Source: a virus
Length of the DNA stretch: 64,000 nucleotides
Strand: one strand, 5' to 3'
IMG/VR virus record: IMGVR_UViG_3300044959_000303
Location: 43,129 to 107,128 of that record
The translations under genes and the position numbers were made by a program. Under the pieces are notes generated by a model. That model had not been told where the DNA came from and ran no database searches. It worked only from the letters and a program-made list of their open reading frames with translations. Of the stretch, positions 1 to 10,723 are shown piece by piece. Each line of letters opens with the position of its first letter. The stretch's first letter is position 1.

Positions 1-66
1 ATGAATTTTTTTTTTCGATTATCGAAAAATTTTTTTTTTCAAAATAACGACAAAAAAGGTCGGAAA

Positions 67-837
67 ATGGATAGAAAAAATGACAATTTTCGAAACAGGA
101 GAAAAAGAAAAACAAGAAATTATCTCAACAACAACGATCTGCTCGAAGAAATTTCCAAAAGCAAATACACTTTTTGTTCCGTGAAAAATGACAATGAAAA
201 TTACAAAAAATATGATATTGTTCTCGAAAAAAAGGAACAACTTTGTTCGGCAATTTTTTTCGAGGTTCTGGAAGAAAAAGAAAAACTTCATGGAAAAAAA
301 TTTCAAAGAAGTTCCATAGTCATAAGAGTCATGACCGATGAACATATTCCCGAAGAATATTCTTTCGAACATCGAGGAAGAAAAAACAAAGAAAAAAAAT
401 TGAATTTCGATCCATTCAAACATTACATCCTGAATGATGAAGGAGAAATAGAAGAAGTATTGAGATCACATTGGAAGGGTACAATAGAAGATGGTGAATT
501 CAGTATGACACATGGATACATTACGGAAAATCTCGGAAAAATGATAATTCTTCTCGTGGACAGATTTGCACAGAAATCCTCTTTTCGAGGATATTCTTGG
601 GTAGAAGACATAAAAGGAAAAGCAACATTGCATCTTCTGGAATCTGTTTTGAAATTTCGGGAAGTGAAATCGGAAAATCCCTTTGCCTATTTTACTACAA
701 TAATAACAAATTCGTTTCGTCATACATTGAATCAGGAACATAGAAACATAGAAATCAAGACAAAGTTGTCACAACAACAGAACCCGGCATTTCAAACATA
801 CGAACAACAAGCCAAGCAAGATGTCAGTGGAAATTGA
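67..837 (+). CDS. gp55: T4 gp55-like late sigma factor
   Basis: C-terminal SFRGYSWVEDIKG...ENPFAYFTTIITNSF motif; lies directly upstream of gp47/gp46 as in T4-like phages. ATG at 67 preferred over the window-edge ATG. Confidence 0.85.
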   Translation: MDRKNDNFRNRRKRKTRNYLNNNDLLEEISKSKYTFCSVKNDNENYKKYDIVLEKKEQLCSAIFFEVLEEKEKLHGKKFQRSSIVIRVMTDEHIPEEYSFEHRGRKNKEKKLNFDPFKHYILNDEGEIEEVLRSHWKGTIEDGEFSMTHGYITENLGKMIILLVDRFAQKSSFRGYSWVEDIKGKATLHLLESVLKFREVKSENPFAYFTTIITNSFRHTLNQEHRNIEIKTKLSQQQNPAFQTYEQQAKQDVSGN

Positions 838-840
838 CAA

Positions 841-1887
841 ATGAAAAGATTATTCGATAGAGCAATTGTTTTCGGAGATATACACTTCGGTAACAAGAAC
901 AACAGTTCCATATTCAATGATGATTGTGAAGAATATATCGATTGGCTTCTGAAAGTAAAAGACAAGGTAAAAGCAGACACGTGCATATTTTTGGGAGATT
1001 GGTTTCACAACAGAAGATTCGTAAACGTACAGACGCTCGATTACAGTATGAGAAATCTCGAAAAATTGAATTCCGCTTTCGATCAGATTTTCATGTTGAT
1101 GGGAAATCACGATCTGTATTACAAGGAAAGAAGAGATATAAGTTCTCTCAATCTTGCAAAAAATTATTCGAATGTTGTATTGTTCGACGAAATTCGGGAA
1201 ATTGGTGATTGTCTTTTTGTTCCTTGGCTGATAAACGACGAATGGAAGAAAATCAAGGAATATTCCAAAAAATATGTTTTCGGACATTTCGAGATTCCAA
1301 GATTTCTGATGAATTCCTATGTCGAAATGCCAGATAAGAATGAACTCAACGAAGAGCATTTTTCCCGAAACGAATTCGTTTTTTCCGGACATTTTCACAA
1401 AAGGCAAAGAAGAGGAAACATTCTATACATCGGAAATTGTTTTCCGCACAATTATTCGGACATGGATGATACGGAAAGAGGATTGGTAATTCTGGAGTGG
1501 AACAAGGAACCAAAATTCGTAAATTGGAAAAACATGCCATTTTATACCAAAATCAATCTGTCGGAAGCATTGAACAAAGAATTCGCAAATATTGTCAGAA
1601 AAAAGACTTATATGAAACTTCTGATAGATATCGATCTGTCTTTCGAAGAATCTCTGTATCTGAAAGAAAAATTGATGGAAGATTACAAATGCAGAGAGGT
1701 TCAGTTGATACCAATGAATTTGAAAACAGATGAATTGAATTTCGAAAATTTCGAAGTGAAAACGGTAGATCAGGTTGTAATCGAAGGATTGAAAAATCTG
1801 AAAAACGTCGAATCGAATTACAATGTGGATTTTCTGATAGAAATATATGAAGAATTGAATATAGATGATGAAAGAAAAAATGTATAG
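841..1887 (+). CDS. gp47: Recombination endonuclease subunit (Mre11/SbcD-like metallophosphoesterase)
   Basis: GDIHFG, LGDWFH, GNHD, GHFE and SGHFH metallophosphoesterase motifs. Confidence 0.93.
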   Translation: MKRLFDRAIVFGDIHFGNKNNSSIFNDDCEEYIDWLLKVKDKVKADTCIFLGDWFHNRRFVNVQTLDYSMRNLEKLNSAFDQIFMLMGNHDLYYKERRDISSLNLAKNYSNVVLFDEIREIGDCLFVPWLINDEWKKIKEYSKKYVFGHFEIPRFLMNSYVEMPDKNELNEEHFSRNEFVFSGHFHKRQRRGNILYIGNCFPHNYSDMDDTERGLVILEWNKEPKFVNWKNMPFYTKINLSEALNKEFANIVRKKTYMKLLIDIDLSFEESLYLKEKLMEDYKCREVQLIPMNLKTDELNFENFEVKTVDQVVIEGLKNLKNVESNYNVDFLIEIYEELNIDDERKNV

Positions 1888-1932
1888 AATTCATCGAAGA
1901 ACATATTCGAAAAAAATATGGATGAATAAATT

Positions 1933-3741
1933 ATGATAAAATTCAAGAAAATGACTCTGAAAAATTTTCTGAGTATAGGTAACAGAGAACAGGTCGTTTT
2001 TCTGGATAACAATTCCTTGACCTTGATTTTGGGAGAAAATGCCGATATTGGTTCGGGTATTGGATCAGGTGCTAGAAACGGAGTTGGAAAATCTGCAATA
2101 ATTCAAGCATTGTGTTATGCAATATACGGAATTCCACTTACTCAGATAAAAAGAGACAATCTGATAAACAAGATCAACAGAAAAAATATGGTGGTAACAT
2201 TGGAATTCGAAAAAAATGGAGTCGAATATTTCATAGAAAGAGGAAGAAAACCGAACTTTCTGAATTTCTATATCGACAAAAGAAAAATAAACAATGTACC
2301 TGAAACCGAAGATGATGAAAATTTCAATTCGAATTCTTCGGAAGAAACCGAAGGTGATTTTCGCTGGACTCAAAAAGAAATTCAGAAAGTTATCGGTATA
2401 AGTATCAATCTGTTTCGTCATTTGATTGCTCTCAATACTTTCACCACGCCTTTTCTATCCATGCCGGTATCTCAACAAAGACAGATTGTGGAAGAACTGT
2501 TCGGAATTACCCGATTGTCGGAAAAAGCAGAACTTCTGAAATTGAAAATCAAGGAAACAAAAGATCGAATAAGAGAAGAGGAAATAAAAATCGAGTCGAT
2601 AAAGACAAGTAACGAAAGAATTCGAAAATCGATAATGGAATTGGAAAACAGATCGAGAATCTGGCAGAAAAATCTGAGTGAAACGTTGAAAAATCTCGAA
2701 AAAGAAATTTCTCTGATGGAAAATTTGAATATAGAAGAAGAAATACGAATTCACGAAGAAAAGCAGAAGTATTTGAAAAATCGGGAATTGTTGGAAAAAA
2801 CAAAAAGCAATTTGAATCATGTCGAAAAAAATATTCTCGAAAATGAAAAAAGATTGAAAAAATCGGAAAATTACAGAAACAGAATTTGTGAAGAAAAATG
2901 TCCCATGTGTGGTCAGAAACTTCACAACAAGGATACCTTGCTCGAAAATCTGGATAGGGAAATTTTCGAACTGAAGAAAAATCTCGAAGAAAATTACAGC
3001 AAAAAAAGAAAATATGAAAAAGAAATCGAGCAATTGTTCATGGATGAAAATATTCTCAATGAAAAAACATTCTACAAGGAAATTTCCGATGCATACAATC
3101 ACAGAATAATATTGCAGAAATTGAAAGAAAGTATGAAAGAAAAAATGAATCAGAAAAATCCTTACGAAGAACAGATAAAAAGTCTCGAAGAAACAGGAAT
3201 ACAGGAAATCGATTTCACGACTTTGAACAATTTGACATATCGAAAAAATCATCAGGAACTTCTGTTGAAACTTCTGATGAACAAAGATTCTTTCATAAGA
3301 AAGAAAATAATGGATCAAAGCCTGAATTATCTGAATTCGAGATTGAAATATTACACAGAATCACTTCAACTTCCGCATCAGGTCAAATTTCTCAATGATT
3401 TGAGTGTGGAAATCAACGAGCTTGGAGTAGACTTCGATTTCGACAATTTGAGTCGTGGTGAAAAAACCCGTTTGATACTTGCTTTGAGTTGGGCATTTCG
3501 TGATGTTTACGAAAGTATGAATGACAATATCAACATCATGTTTATCGACGAATTGATAGACAATGGTCTCGATCAGTTGGGAGTCGAGTCTGCTGTTCTT
3601 CAACTCAAGAAAATATCGACAGAAAACAGAAAAAATATTTTTCTGATTTCGCATCGTGAAGATCTGACAAATCAGGTCGAAAACATATTGTATGTGATCA
3701 AGGAAAATGGATTTACGAATATCTTGACGGAAGAAACATGA
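1933..3741 (+). CDS. gp46: Recombination ATPase subunit (Rad50/SbcC-like)
   Basis: Walker A NGVGKS, coiled coil with CPMC zinc hook, LSRGE signature, Walker B FIDE, ISH. Confidence 0.95.
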   Translation: MIKFKKMTLKNFLSIGNREQVVFLDNNSLTLILGENADIGSGIGSGARNGVGKSAIIQALCYAIYGIPLTQIKRDNLINKINRKNMVVTLEFEKNGVEYFIERGRKPNFLNFYIDKRKINNVPETEDDENFNSNSSEETEGDFRWTQKEIQKVIGISINLFRHLIALNTFTTPFLSMPVSQQRQIVEELFGITRLSEKAELLKLKIKETKDRIREEEIKIESIKTSNERIRKSIMELENRSRIWQKNLSETLKNLEKEISLMENLNIEEEIRIHEEKQKYLKNRELLEKTKSNLNHVEKNILENEKRLKKSENYRNRICEEKCPMCGQKLHNKDTLLENLDREIFELKKNLEENYSKKRKYEKEIEQLFMDENILNEKTFYKEISDAYNHRIILQKLKESMKEKMNQKNPYEEQIKSLEETGIQEIDFTTLNNLTYRKNHQELLLKLLMNKDSFIRKKIMDQSLNYLNSRLKYYTESLQLPHQVKFLNDLSVEINELGVDFDFDNLSRGEKTRLILALSWAFRDVYESMNDNINIMFIDELIDNGLDQLGVESAVLQLKKISTENRKNIFLISHREDLTNQVENILYVIKENGFTNILTEET

Positions 3742-3802
3742 GTAGAGAAAATTTCAATCGAAAATCGAAAGGTAAAAAATACAGAAAAAGGAAAAACATG
3801 AA

Positions 3803-4096
3803 ATGACAGACATAACATTTCTGGAAATACAAAGAAACGAACCTTTTCACAAAATTTACAATTACAAGATTTATACGAATGTAAAAGTATATTGGACTCC
3901 AGAATACGAAAACTGGCATAGCGAAGAAGACAGAAAATGGATGAAAAAAATCGAGTGTCATCTCAAGGCCAAATTTGGAAACAATATCAAATTTCAAGGT
4001 GCAGTAATTTACTGTAAAGATCTTGACGAAGCTTTTCTCGCAAGACTTCTGTGTGGCGAAAAAATTGTCAAAGTGGAAAAGGCAATCATGATATAG
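3803..4096 (+). CDS. Hypothetical protein
   Basis: Natural-looking 97 aa ORF continuing the gp46 operon. Confidence 0.6.
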   Translation: MTDITFLEIQRNEPFHKIYNYKIYTNVKVYWTPEYENWHSEEDRKWMKKIECHLKAKFGNNIKFQGAVIYCKDLDEAFLARLLCGEKIVKVEKAIMI

Positions 4097-4610
4097 ATGA
4101 AAGTTTCTGTTCTATGATTTTTCTGTGTGTTTCGAGAAAAGAAGAGAGAGAAACAATGATGTATTTTTCCTGATTGTATTTGTAAATCATGTAATTTCCA
4201 GAAAAAATTTCGAAAGAAAAAAATTTTTCCGGAACTATCGAAAACCAACCCCGATTTGTTATCTTGAAACATATGAACCAGACATTTTTTTCATGTACGA
4301 TATCGAGACATTGTCGAATCCATGAATCGATCGTGGAATTGTTGCCATTGAAAATTTTGAGAAAATTGATGTTTTTGTAATTTTTGCATTCTATGAGAAG
4401 ATTTTCGAATTTATCGGGAGGAATGATATCTCCCTTGAGAACAACTTTCTGTGAATCGTCGATTTTCTTTTCTCTTTTGATGTTTTTTCCACCGAGAAAA
4501 GATCCGCTGTTCGGAACTCGAAGAAAAGGTTTTTCGAAAAAATTCGTCAAAAGAGAACAAAGTTCTCTTTCTCCTCTTTTTCCTTTTTCTTTACTTTTTC
4601 TTCCAGTCAT
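4086..4610 (-). CDS. Holliday junction resolvase (Hjc-like PD-(D/E)xK nuclease)
   Basis: KGKRGEREL...RVPNSG...GDIIPP...IECKNYK. Confidence 0.8.
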   Translation of the reverse strand: MTGRKSKEKGKRGERELCSLLTNFFEKPFLRVPNSGSFLGGKNIKREKKIDDSQKVVLKGDIIPPDKFENLLIECKNYKNINFLKIFNGNNSTIDSWIRQCLDIVHEKNVWFICFKITNRGWFSIVPEKFFSFEIFSGNYMIYKYNQEKYIIVSLSSFLETHRKIIEQKLSSIS

Positions 4611-4637
4611 TTTTCGATCTTCTGTCTTTTTTTTTTT

Positions 4638-4877
4638 TCATATGAGAGGCATTCCTGTTTTCTTTACCAATTCTATGTGTTCTTTTATGTGTTTTCTTAT
4701 ATTTTTCAATGTCGAGTATGATAAATTCAATGCTTCATTGTAAGAAATCGAACCTCTCATGAACCAGCATATTTCTATAATCTGTTTTTCGATTTTATCA
4801 ACTTCGTTTCTCATCGAATTGACAAGTTCGACAATGGTTTCGGAATTGGAATTCAGGATTTTGTGTCGAAAAAATTT
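4638..4877 (-). CDS. gp51-like baseplate/tail assembly segment, probably translated by -1 frameshift from the upstream gene
   Basis: ICWFMRGSISYNEALNLS motif; no clear Shine-Dalgarno before its internal ATG; overlaps the upstream gene end at A AAT TTT TTC. Confidence 0.6.
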   Translation of the reverse strand, partial: KFFRHKILNSNSETIVELVNSMRNEVDKIEKQIIEICWFMRGSISYNEALNLSYSTLKNIRKHIKEHIELVKKTGMPLI

Positions 4878-5965
4878 GCGGGATCGTATTGCACCTCCAC
4901 GTCGTATTTTTTGTCGCATTTGTTACATGTTGCTTCCCATTTCGTGGGAACACCAATTTGTAGAACATTTTCGAATTCTTTTTGCACCTTCCTGAATATC
5001 GATGTCGGACAATTCACGAGAAATTCATAAATGAAATCCTTGTCGAAAACTCTCTCTTTTTCCGGTGTAATTATTTCCTTGATTCCTTGTGTCAGAAGAT
5101 ATATGTTCATATCGGCAATTTTTGTCACTGTTTCCTGTATGATTTTCTTTTTTTCTTCATCATTCATTTTTTCATTGTTCAATACCTGTAGAACTTTGGC
5201 TTCTTCGAACATGAGAAGTTCGAAATAAACCATATTTTCATAAGTGATGGGTTCGAATATCAATGTCAGAGAATCGATTTGTGCACAAGGTATGTCTTCG
5301 AAAAATGTCATATTGCTCAAAATTATGTCCAGATCTATGACAAAATTGTTCATCGTTCCACAATGTGGACATGTCGAGGTCATTTTCATTTGTGATCCAT
5401 AGCTGCAATTTCTTATCGCTACAAGAATTGCATTTACATCGTTGATTACGATTTTTCTCAAATCTTTTATCGACGGACAACAGCTTTTGAATACTTCTTC
5501 CAAAGCTTTTCCATTCAGTAATGCATCCGGATTTCTCAACCAGATTTCGTCTCTGGCAGTCAATGGAAAAATCTGAACTTCTCCATTGATCGAAAAATCG
5601 ACCATATCAGGCTCGTAGAAAATTCCCATTGTCGGAAGTTTTATGGAGATACCGGGTTTTCGAAAGTATTTTTGCAAAGGATTGGAATTTTTCTTTTCTT
5701 CGAAAGAATCGTTTCGAGGAAAAAATTTTGTCGGTGGCATTCGAAAATTTTCGATTTTCTTTTTCGGTTCTATGAATGACAAATCTTCTGCGTGTGTATT
5801 TTCAGCATTTTCATCGAAATTTTCAGAATTTTCAATATCATCGAGAGAAATATCTTTTCTTTCGATTTGCCCGACTTTTTTATTCAATGAATTTTTTCCA
5901 ATTCTTTCTGCCTGTTCTTGCAAAAATCTCTTCAGATTTTCCGCCGTTTCTCTTTCTCTGTCCAT
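4853..5965 (-). CDS. gp26: gp26-like baseplate hub / tail assembly chaperone
   Basis: NPLQKYFRKP, LPTMG, LTARDE, CPHC and CNKC motifs, ends DPANFF. Confidence 0.75.
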   Translation of the reverse strand: MDRERETAENLKRFLQEQAERIGKNSLNKKVGQIERKDISLDDIENSENFDENAENTHAEDLSFIEPKKKIENFRMPPTKFFPRNDSFEEKKNSNPLQKYFRKPGISIKLPTMGIFYEPDMVDFSINGEVQIFPLTARDEIWLRNPDALLNGKALEEVFKSCCPSIKDLRKIVINDVNAILVAIRNCSYGSQMKMTSTCPHCGTMNNFVIDLDIILSNMTFFEDIPCAQIDSLTLIFEPITYENMVYFELLMFEEAKVLQVLNNEKMNDEEKKKIIQETVTKIADMNIYLLTQGIKEIITPEKERVFDKDFIYEFLVNCPTSIFRKVQKEFENVLQIGVPTKWEATCNKCDKKYDVEVQYDPANFFDTKS

Positions 5966-6047
5966 ATTTGCTCCTTTATGTGATTTTTCACGAATCGTAA
6001 AATGATGAAATCATTTTTCATAAAATGATATTATTATGTTTCGGCAT

Positions 6048-6053
6048 TAAATA
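6048..6053 (+). promoter_or_regulatory. Late promoter core (TAAATA)
   Basis: Matches the ATAAATA/TATAAATA motif found upstream of most structural genes. Confidence 0.5.
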
Positions 6054-6098
6054 TATATTGAATTATTTGAAAAAAATTTACAAAAAAGAAAAAAACCA

Positions 6099-8213
6099 AT
6101 GTCGGATCAGAATCTGGACAGAATCATAGATATTCTGGAAAAATTGAAAGAAATTCCTCGTATCAAGGAAGAACAGAAAAAATTGCTCGAAGATATAAAA
6201 AAATCTCTGGTTTCCGAAAGTCAGGACATTCATGAAAATTTCGAAAATGCAAATCGTTCCGTAGAGGAAACTCGAAAAAATCTGAACTCTTTGTTGAGAA
6301 TCAGTTTTTCTTTTGTAAACGTGATTCGAAATGTCATTCGAAAATTCACCAATCTCAAAGAAAGTTTGGATCAATTTTCGAGATCGGTAGCAAGATATTC
6401 GGAAAAAACACAAAGTTTGGTAGAAAGTCCGTTCGAAAATTTCAAATCATTTACGGAAAGTTTGCCGATCATAGGAGGATTTTCGATTGCATTTTTCAAA
6501 ATTTACGAAATGTTCGACGATCTTGCGAACGCTTATTCGAATGCGGCAAAAAGCGGTGTGATTTTTTCCAAAACCATTGAACAGATTTATGCCGATTCGA
6601 GAGATTTGGTAATGACTCTACCAGAATTTGCAAATTTTCTGGCGAAATATGCGAACATAGTCAATCGAGGTAACAGAGAATTCATCAATTATCTCGATAT
6701 TTCGATGAAAACATCGGACAGATTGTTGAGTTTTGGTTACGATCTGGAAACTCTGAGAGAAAGTGCAGCACAATTTCTGGTCATTCAGAGAAATCTTGGA
6801 TTTTTGAGAAGAATCAATGCCGAAGAACAATCGAAACTTTTTTCGACAACAATCGAAAATTTTTATTCTGCATCGAAACGACTTGGCATAGCGGCTACTG
6901 AAATTCTGCAAAGTCTGGAAAAACTTTCAGAAGATCCGGAAGCAAGAGTTGCTTTGCGAAAATTGGGACAGAGAGGACAGGAAATATTGGCGGTACTGGA
7001 AAAAGAAGCTCCCAATTTGCAAAAACTTCTGACTCAAGCCATAGTGAGAGGTGGTTTGGAAAGAGCGGATGATTATGCTCTTTTTGCCACTACAGAAATA
7101 TCCCCCATGATAGCTGAAATATATTCGATGATATTGTCCAATCGAGGATCCTTGAATTCACTTCTGGACCTGATAAGAAGCAATTCCGATGTTCTCAGTA
7201 GAAATATGCAATTGTTCGCATTGATGGGACAGGATCATATCGTGAACATTTTGAACGAACTCGATATTTTTTCGAAAAAGACTCTCGATACAATTGAATC
7301 TTCCGAAGAAAACATGGGCGAAGAATTTGCAAAACAGGTTGTTCTGGCAAGAAATCGTGTTCGGGCAACAATCGCAGATGTAAGTTCCGAAATCATAAGA
7401 AGACTTTCGGAAATAGGAAATGTTTCCGAACTGATTTCGAATTATCTCATAAAAATTACAAAAATTACGACAGATATGGCGAAAAGTACTTTGTGGCTGG
7501 ATTTGTTGGAAGGTTTTTCACAGGCTGCAACGAAACTCGTTTCTGCAATAGTGAATCTTTCAGATAAAATTGCCGGAATTTTCGGTTTGAACGGTACCAT
7601 ATATCAAGCCATAGTCGCGGGAATTCTTCTGTTTCTGCCAAAAGGACTGAACAGAATTTTTCAATCTCTTGGTGGTGCTTTTCTGGCAAATTATTCTTCT
7701 TCTTTCGGTTCTGCAATTTTGAGACCTATCATGAATTTAATGAATTATATTCTGTCGAGTACGAAAAGAACTTTTCTCGCTCTTGTCACTGGCATGTTTG
7801 CAGCATCGGGTTTGAGTAATCTTTTTGGCAATCTTTTTCCGGAAGAAAATTCGGAGCAAGCAACCGAAACGAAATCATTGTCACAAAACATTCCGTCAAC
7901 TTCGACGGAACCGACCACAATTCCGAATATCTCGAATCCGTCTGTAGCCGGTTCTCCTGTCACTGGTGCCGAAATTGCAAAAACTCCATTGATCACACCA
8001 TCTGTAACAAAAACTCTGGAATCCGAAAGCAGTGTAAATCCCGAGGCTTCTTTGGCAAAAAGCATGGAAGAGCTTTCGAACATAATGAAACAGATCAATT
8101 CGATGCACGAAAGAATCAAGGAAGCCAATGAAAGAAAGCTCCAGTTGTTGCAGAAAATGACAAAAACACAAGAATCTGTGAACGAAAGTATTTCCAATAT
8201 GATTTCACCGTAG
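6099..8213 (+). CDS. Tape-measure-like helical virion protein (paralog 1)
   Basis: Long helical protein with hydrophobic segments near the C-terminus; sits between the gp26-like gene and portal; similar to 8229..10622. Confidence 0.55.
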   Translation: MSDQNLDRIIDILEKLKEIPRIKEEQKKLLEDIKKSLVSESQDIHENFENANRSVEETRKNLNSLLRISFSFVNVIRNVIRKFTNLKESLDQFSRSVARYSEKTQSLVESPFENFKSFTESLPIIGGFSIAFFKIYEMFDDLANAYSNAAKSGVIFSKTIEQIYADSRDLVMTLPEFANFLAKYANIVNRGNREFINYLDISMKTSDRLLSFGYDLETLRESAAQFLVIQRNLGFLRRINAEEQSKLFSTTIENFYSASKRLGIAATEILQSLEKLSEDPEARVALRKLGQRGQEILAVLEKEAPNLQKLLTQAIVRGGLERADDYALFATTEISPMIAEIYSMILSNRGSLNSLLDLIRSNSDVLSRNMQLFALMGQDHIVNILNELDIFSKKTLDTIESSEENMGEEFAKQVVLARNRVRATIADVSSEIIRRLSEIGNVSELISNYLIKITKITTDMAKSTLWLDLLEGFSQAATKLVSAIVNLSDKIAGIFGLNGTIYQAIVAGILLFLPKGLNRIFQSLGGAFLANYSSSFGSAILRPIMNLMNYILSSTKRTFLALVTGMFAASGLSNLFGNLFPEENSEQATETKSLSQNIPSTSTEPTTIPNISNPSVAGSPVTGAEIAKTPLITPSVTKTLESESSVNPEASLAKSMEELSNIMKQINSMHERIKEANERKLQLLQKMTKTQESVNESISNMISP

Positions 8214-8228
8214 AAATGTGAGTGGAAA

Positions 8229-10622
8229 ATGTTAAATCTTTCTCAACTGGACAGAATCAAAAAAGAATTGGAAAAATATCCAGAACTCGAAAAAGAATTT
8301 CTGGATATTCTCAAGGACTTGAGAAATTCGATTTCGAAAGATCGAAAAAATATGAGAAAAATTTCCGAAAACATGGAATTGTTCCTGAGAAATCAAGGCG
8401 AATTTTCTTCCGATATGAAAAAAACCATTGAAGATATAACATATCACATTCACAATGCTTTCATTTTTTCTCTGGATTATGCCGGTATGATAAACACCTA
8501 CGAAAAATTGAGAAAAAACATTCTGCAACTTTCCGAAAGTATCAATGAAAATTACAAATTGTTCAGAAACATCACGAAAGGTTTCGTTGGTGTAATTTCG
8601 AGAAATTCGAAATATTTCGCGGCTTTCATTGGTGCTGTCGATGGCATGGCAAAAGTCTATTCGAGATTTTTTCAGATCGGTTTCAGTTTTTCGAAATCTG
8701 TCGAAGATTTTGTTCTGTTGAGTTCCCGTTTGAGCATGACATTTTCTGAAATTATCGATGTTTTGCAGGAAAATTTCACGGTTACCAAAGGAATTGGCAT
8801 AAACGAACTGGCAAATTTCATTACGAATATTCGAAAATCACAAGACAATCTTGCAGTTTATGGTATCAATGCCGAAACTCTTTCCAGATTTGTCATAAGA
8901 TATTTTCAAACATTGGAATTGTTGAATACCGAAAACATGAAAATTACAGATGTCAGTGAAAAAAGAATTGTCGAACTTGTTCGACAAATGTCGAAATTCA
9001 GTACAATGACAAACGTCGATATGGAAGATTTGTTGTATTCCATTCGAAAAAGAATCGAAGATCCATTTGTGAGAATCGCCTATCGCATGATTCCGGAAGA
9101 ATCGGCGAGAAATCTCGATTTTCTGAGTACGAGATTTCCAGAGGTTGCAAATGCGATCATGGAATCTCTCTATCGAGGAAATCTGGCTTTTTCTCAGGAA
9201 TTCGATTTGTTGTTGAGAGCAAATCTTCTCGAAGTTGTACAGCAAGCGACAAATCAGGTCAGGGAAGGAACCTTCGAATCGACGAAATTCATTCGAATAT
9301 TGAGTTCGAAAGTGAATGAAATCGAAAATATCTCCGAAGATTTGATAAAAAGAGGAGAAATCGATCTGGGCAAAAGATTGTCGGATCTGGCGCTTCGTTT
9401 GAGAACCGTAAATTCGACAGTAGGAAATGTCACACAAACCACGAAAGGTGTCATTCCCGAAATGATCAAGATCATGGATTCTACGAAAGCTGAAATTATC
9501 GGAAATGCAGCCGAAACTTTCAAAAGCATGTTGGAACTTGTACAAAAAGAAGATTTGAATCGAAAAGCCGCGAACATTATCGAAAATTTCAATGAAATGA
9601 CAAAAATCGTGACGAATTTTTCTCCTTCGGTAATCGAAAATGCTGCAAAAACTTCTTTTTTCATTGTAAGCGAAGCGGCTGAAACAATATATTCGATAAT
9701 AAAGAAAATCGATGTTATCGATGCTCTGATTTCATCCGGTGTTGTTGCGGGGTCGATTTTTGCTATCAGAAAATTTGGAATTTCGAGTTTTCTCGAAATT
9801 GGTGCAACTTTGTTGCGTAATATCGAAAACATTGCCATCAAATTCATGAGCAGCATAAAAGTTCCACAGAGACTTATCGAATCTTCGGTAATGAACAATC
9901 TGTTTTCCGTTTTGAAAAGTACTTTTTCCATAATACAAACAATGACAAGATACGCAATTTCATCTTCATTGCTTTTATCGAAATATGTAATACCTTCGTT
10001 TATCGGAAAATCTGCAAGAATTGCAGGTGCGGGAATTCAATCCACGGCAAAAGCAGCAAAAGCAGCAGGAAGCACGGCTTTTTCAGCATCCAAAAGATTT
10101 CTGACAAAAACTCTTGGTGCACCTTTGGCAATTTTTCTCGAATCCATAGGAGCATCGGTAGAAATTTACGACTTGTACAATCGTTATCAGAATGGAGAAA
10201 TTTCAGAAGAAGAACTCAAAAAAAGAATTTCGATTGTCATAGGATCTTCCATTGGTGGAATTGGTGGTGCAACGGCAGGAGCAACAGCCGGTTCTCTCGT
10301 GTTTCCGGGAATTGGAACATTGGCAGGTGCCGGCATGGGATATTTTGCCGGAAGCTCGATTGGAGAAATAATTTCGGAAAAAATATATGAAAGTATTGCA
10401 ACAGAAAGCATAAAGGAAGAAATTTCGAAACAGGCTTTACCTTCGAATGAAATGTCGGATCATGTTCAGAGTATTCTGAAAGAAGCAGAGCAGATGAAAA
10501 AAATCGTTTCTTCTGAACTGGAAAACATGCAAAAGGAATTGAGTCAGACCGAAAGACTTCTGCTCGAAAAATTGAAAACCATAAATTCTTCGGAAACTGC
10601 AAGATCCTTGATGCCGGATTGA
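8229..10622 (+). CDS. Tape-measure-like helical virion protein (paralog 2) with C-terminal glycine zipper
   Basis: GSSIGGIGGATAGATAGSLVFPGIGTLAGAGMG glycine zipper; N-terminal similarity to paralog 1. Confidence 0.6.
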   Translation: MLNLSQLDRIKKELEKYPELEKEFLDILKDLRNSISKDRKNMRKISENMELFLRNQGEFSSDMKKTIEDITYHIHNAFIFSLDYAGMINTYEKLRKNILQLSESINENYKLFRNITKGFVGVISRNSKYFAAFIGAVDGMAKVYSRFFQIGFSFSKSVEDFVLLSSRLSMTFSEIIDVLQENFTVTKGIGINELANFITNIRKSQDNLAVYGINAETLSRFVIRYFQTLELLNTENMKITDVSEKRIVELVRQMSKFSTMTNVDMEDLLYSIRKRIEDPFVRIAYRMIPEESARNLDFLSTRFPEVANAIMESLYRGNLAFSQEFDLLLRANLLEVVQQATNQVREGTFESTKFIRILSSKVNEIENISEDLIKRGEIDLGKRLSDLALRLRTVNSTVGNVTQTTKGVIPEMIKIMDSTKAEIIGNAAETFKSMLELVQKEDLNRKAANIIENFNEMTKIVTNFSPSVIENAAKTSFFIVSEAAETIYSIIKKIDVIDALISSGVVAGSIFAIRKFGISSFLEIGATLLRNIENIAIKFMSSIKVPQRLIESSVMNNLFSVLKSTFSIIQTMTRYAISSSLLLSKYVIPSFIGKSARIAGAGIQSTAKAAKAAGSTAFSASKRFLTKTLGAPLAIFLESIGASVEIYDLYNRYQNGEISEEELKKRISIVIGSSIGGIGGATAGATAGSLVFPGIGTLAGAGMGYFAGSSIGEIISEKIYESIATESIKEEISKQALPSNEMSDHVQSILKEAEQMKKIVSSELENMQKELSQTERLLLEKLKTINSSETARSLMPD

Positions 10623-10689
10623 AATTGACAATTTTCGTGCAAATTCGAATTATTCGAAAAAAAAGTTCGAAAACTGTCGAAAGTCGAAA

Positions 10690-10696
10690 ATAAATA
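10690..10696 (+). promoter_or_regulatory. Late promoter (ATAAATA) for portal gene
   Basis: Exact motif 27 nt before the ATG. Confidence 0.65.
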
Positions 10697-10723
10697 TTTT
10701 TCGATAACAGGAAAAAAGGTTCC

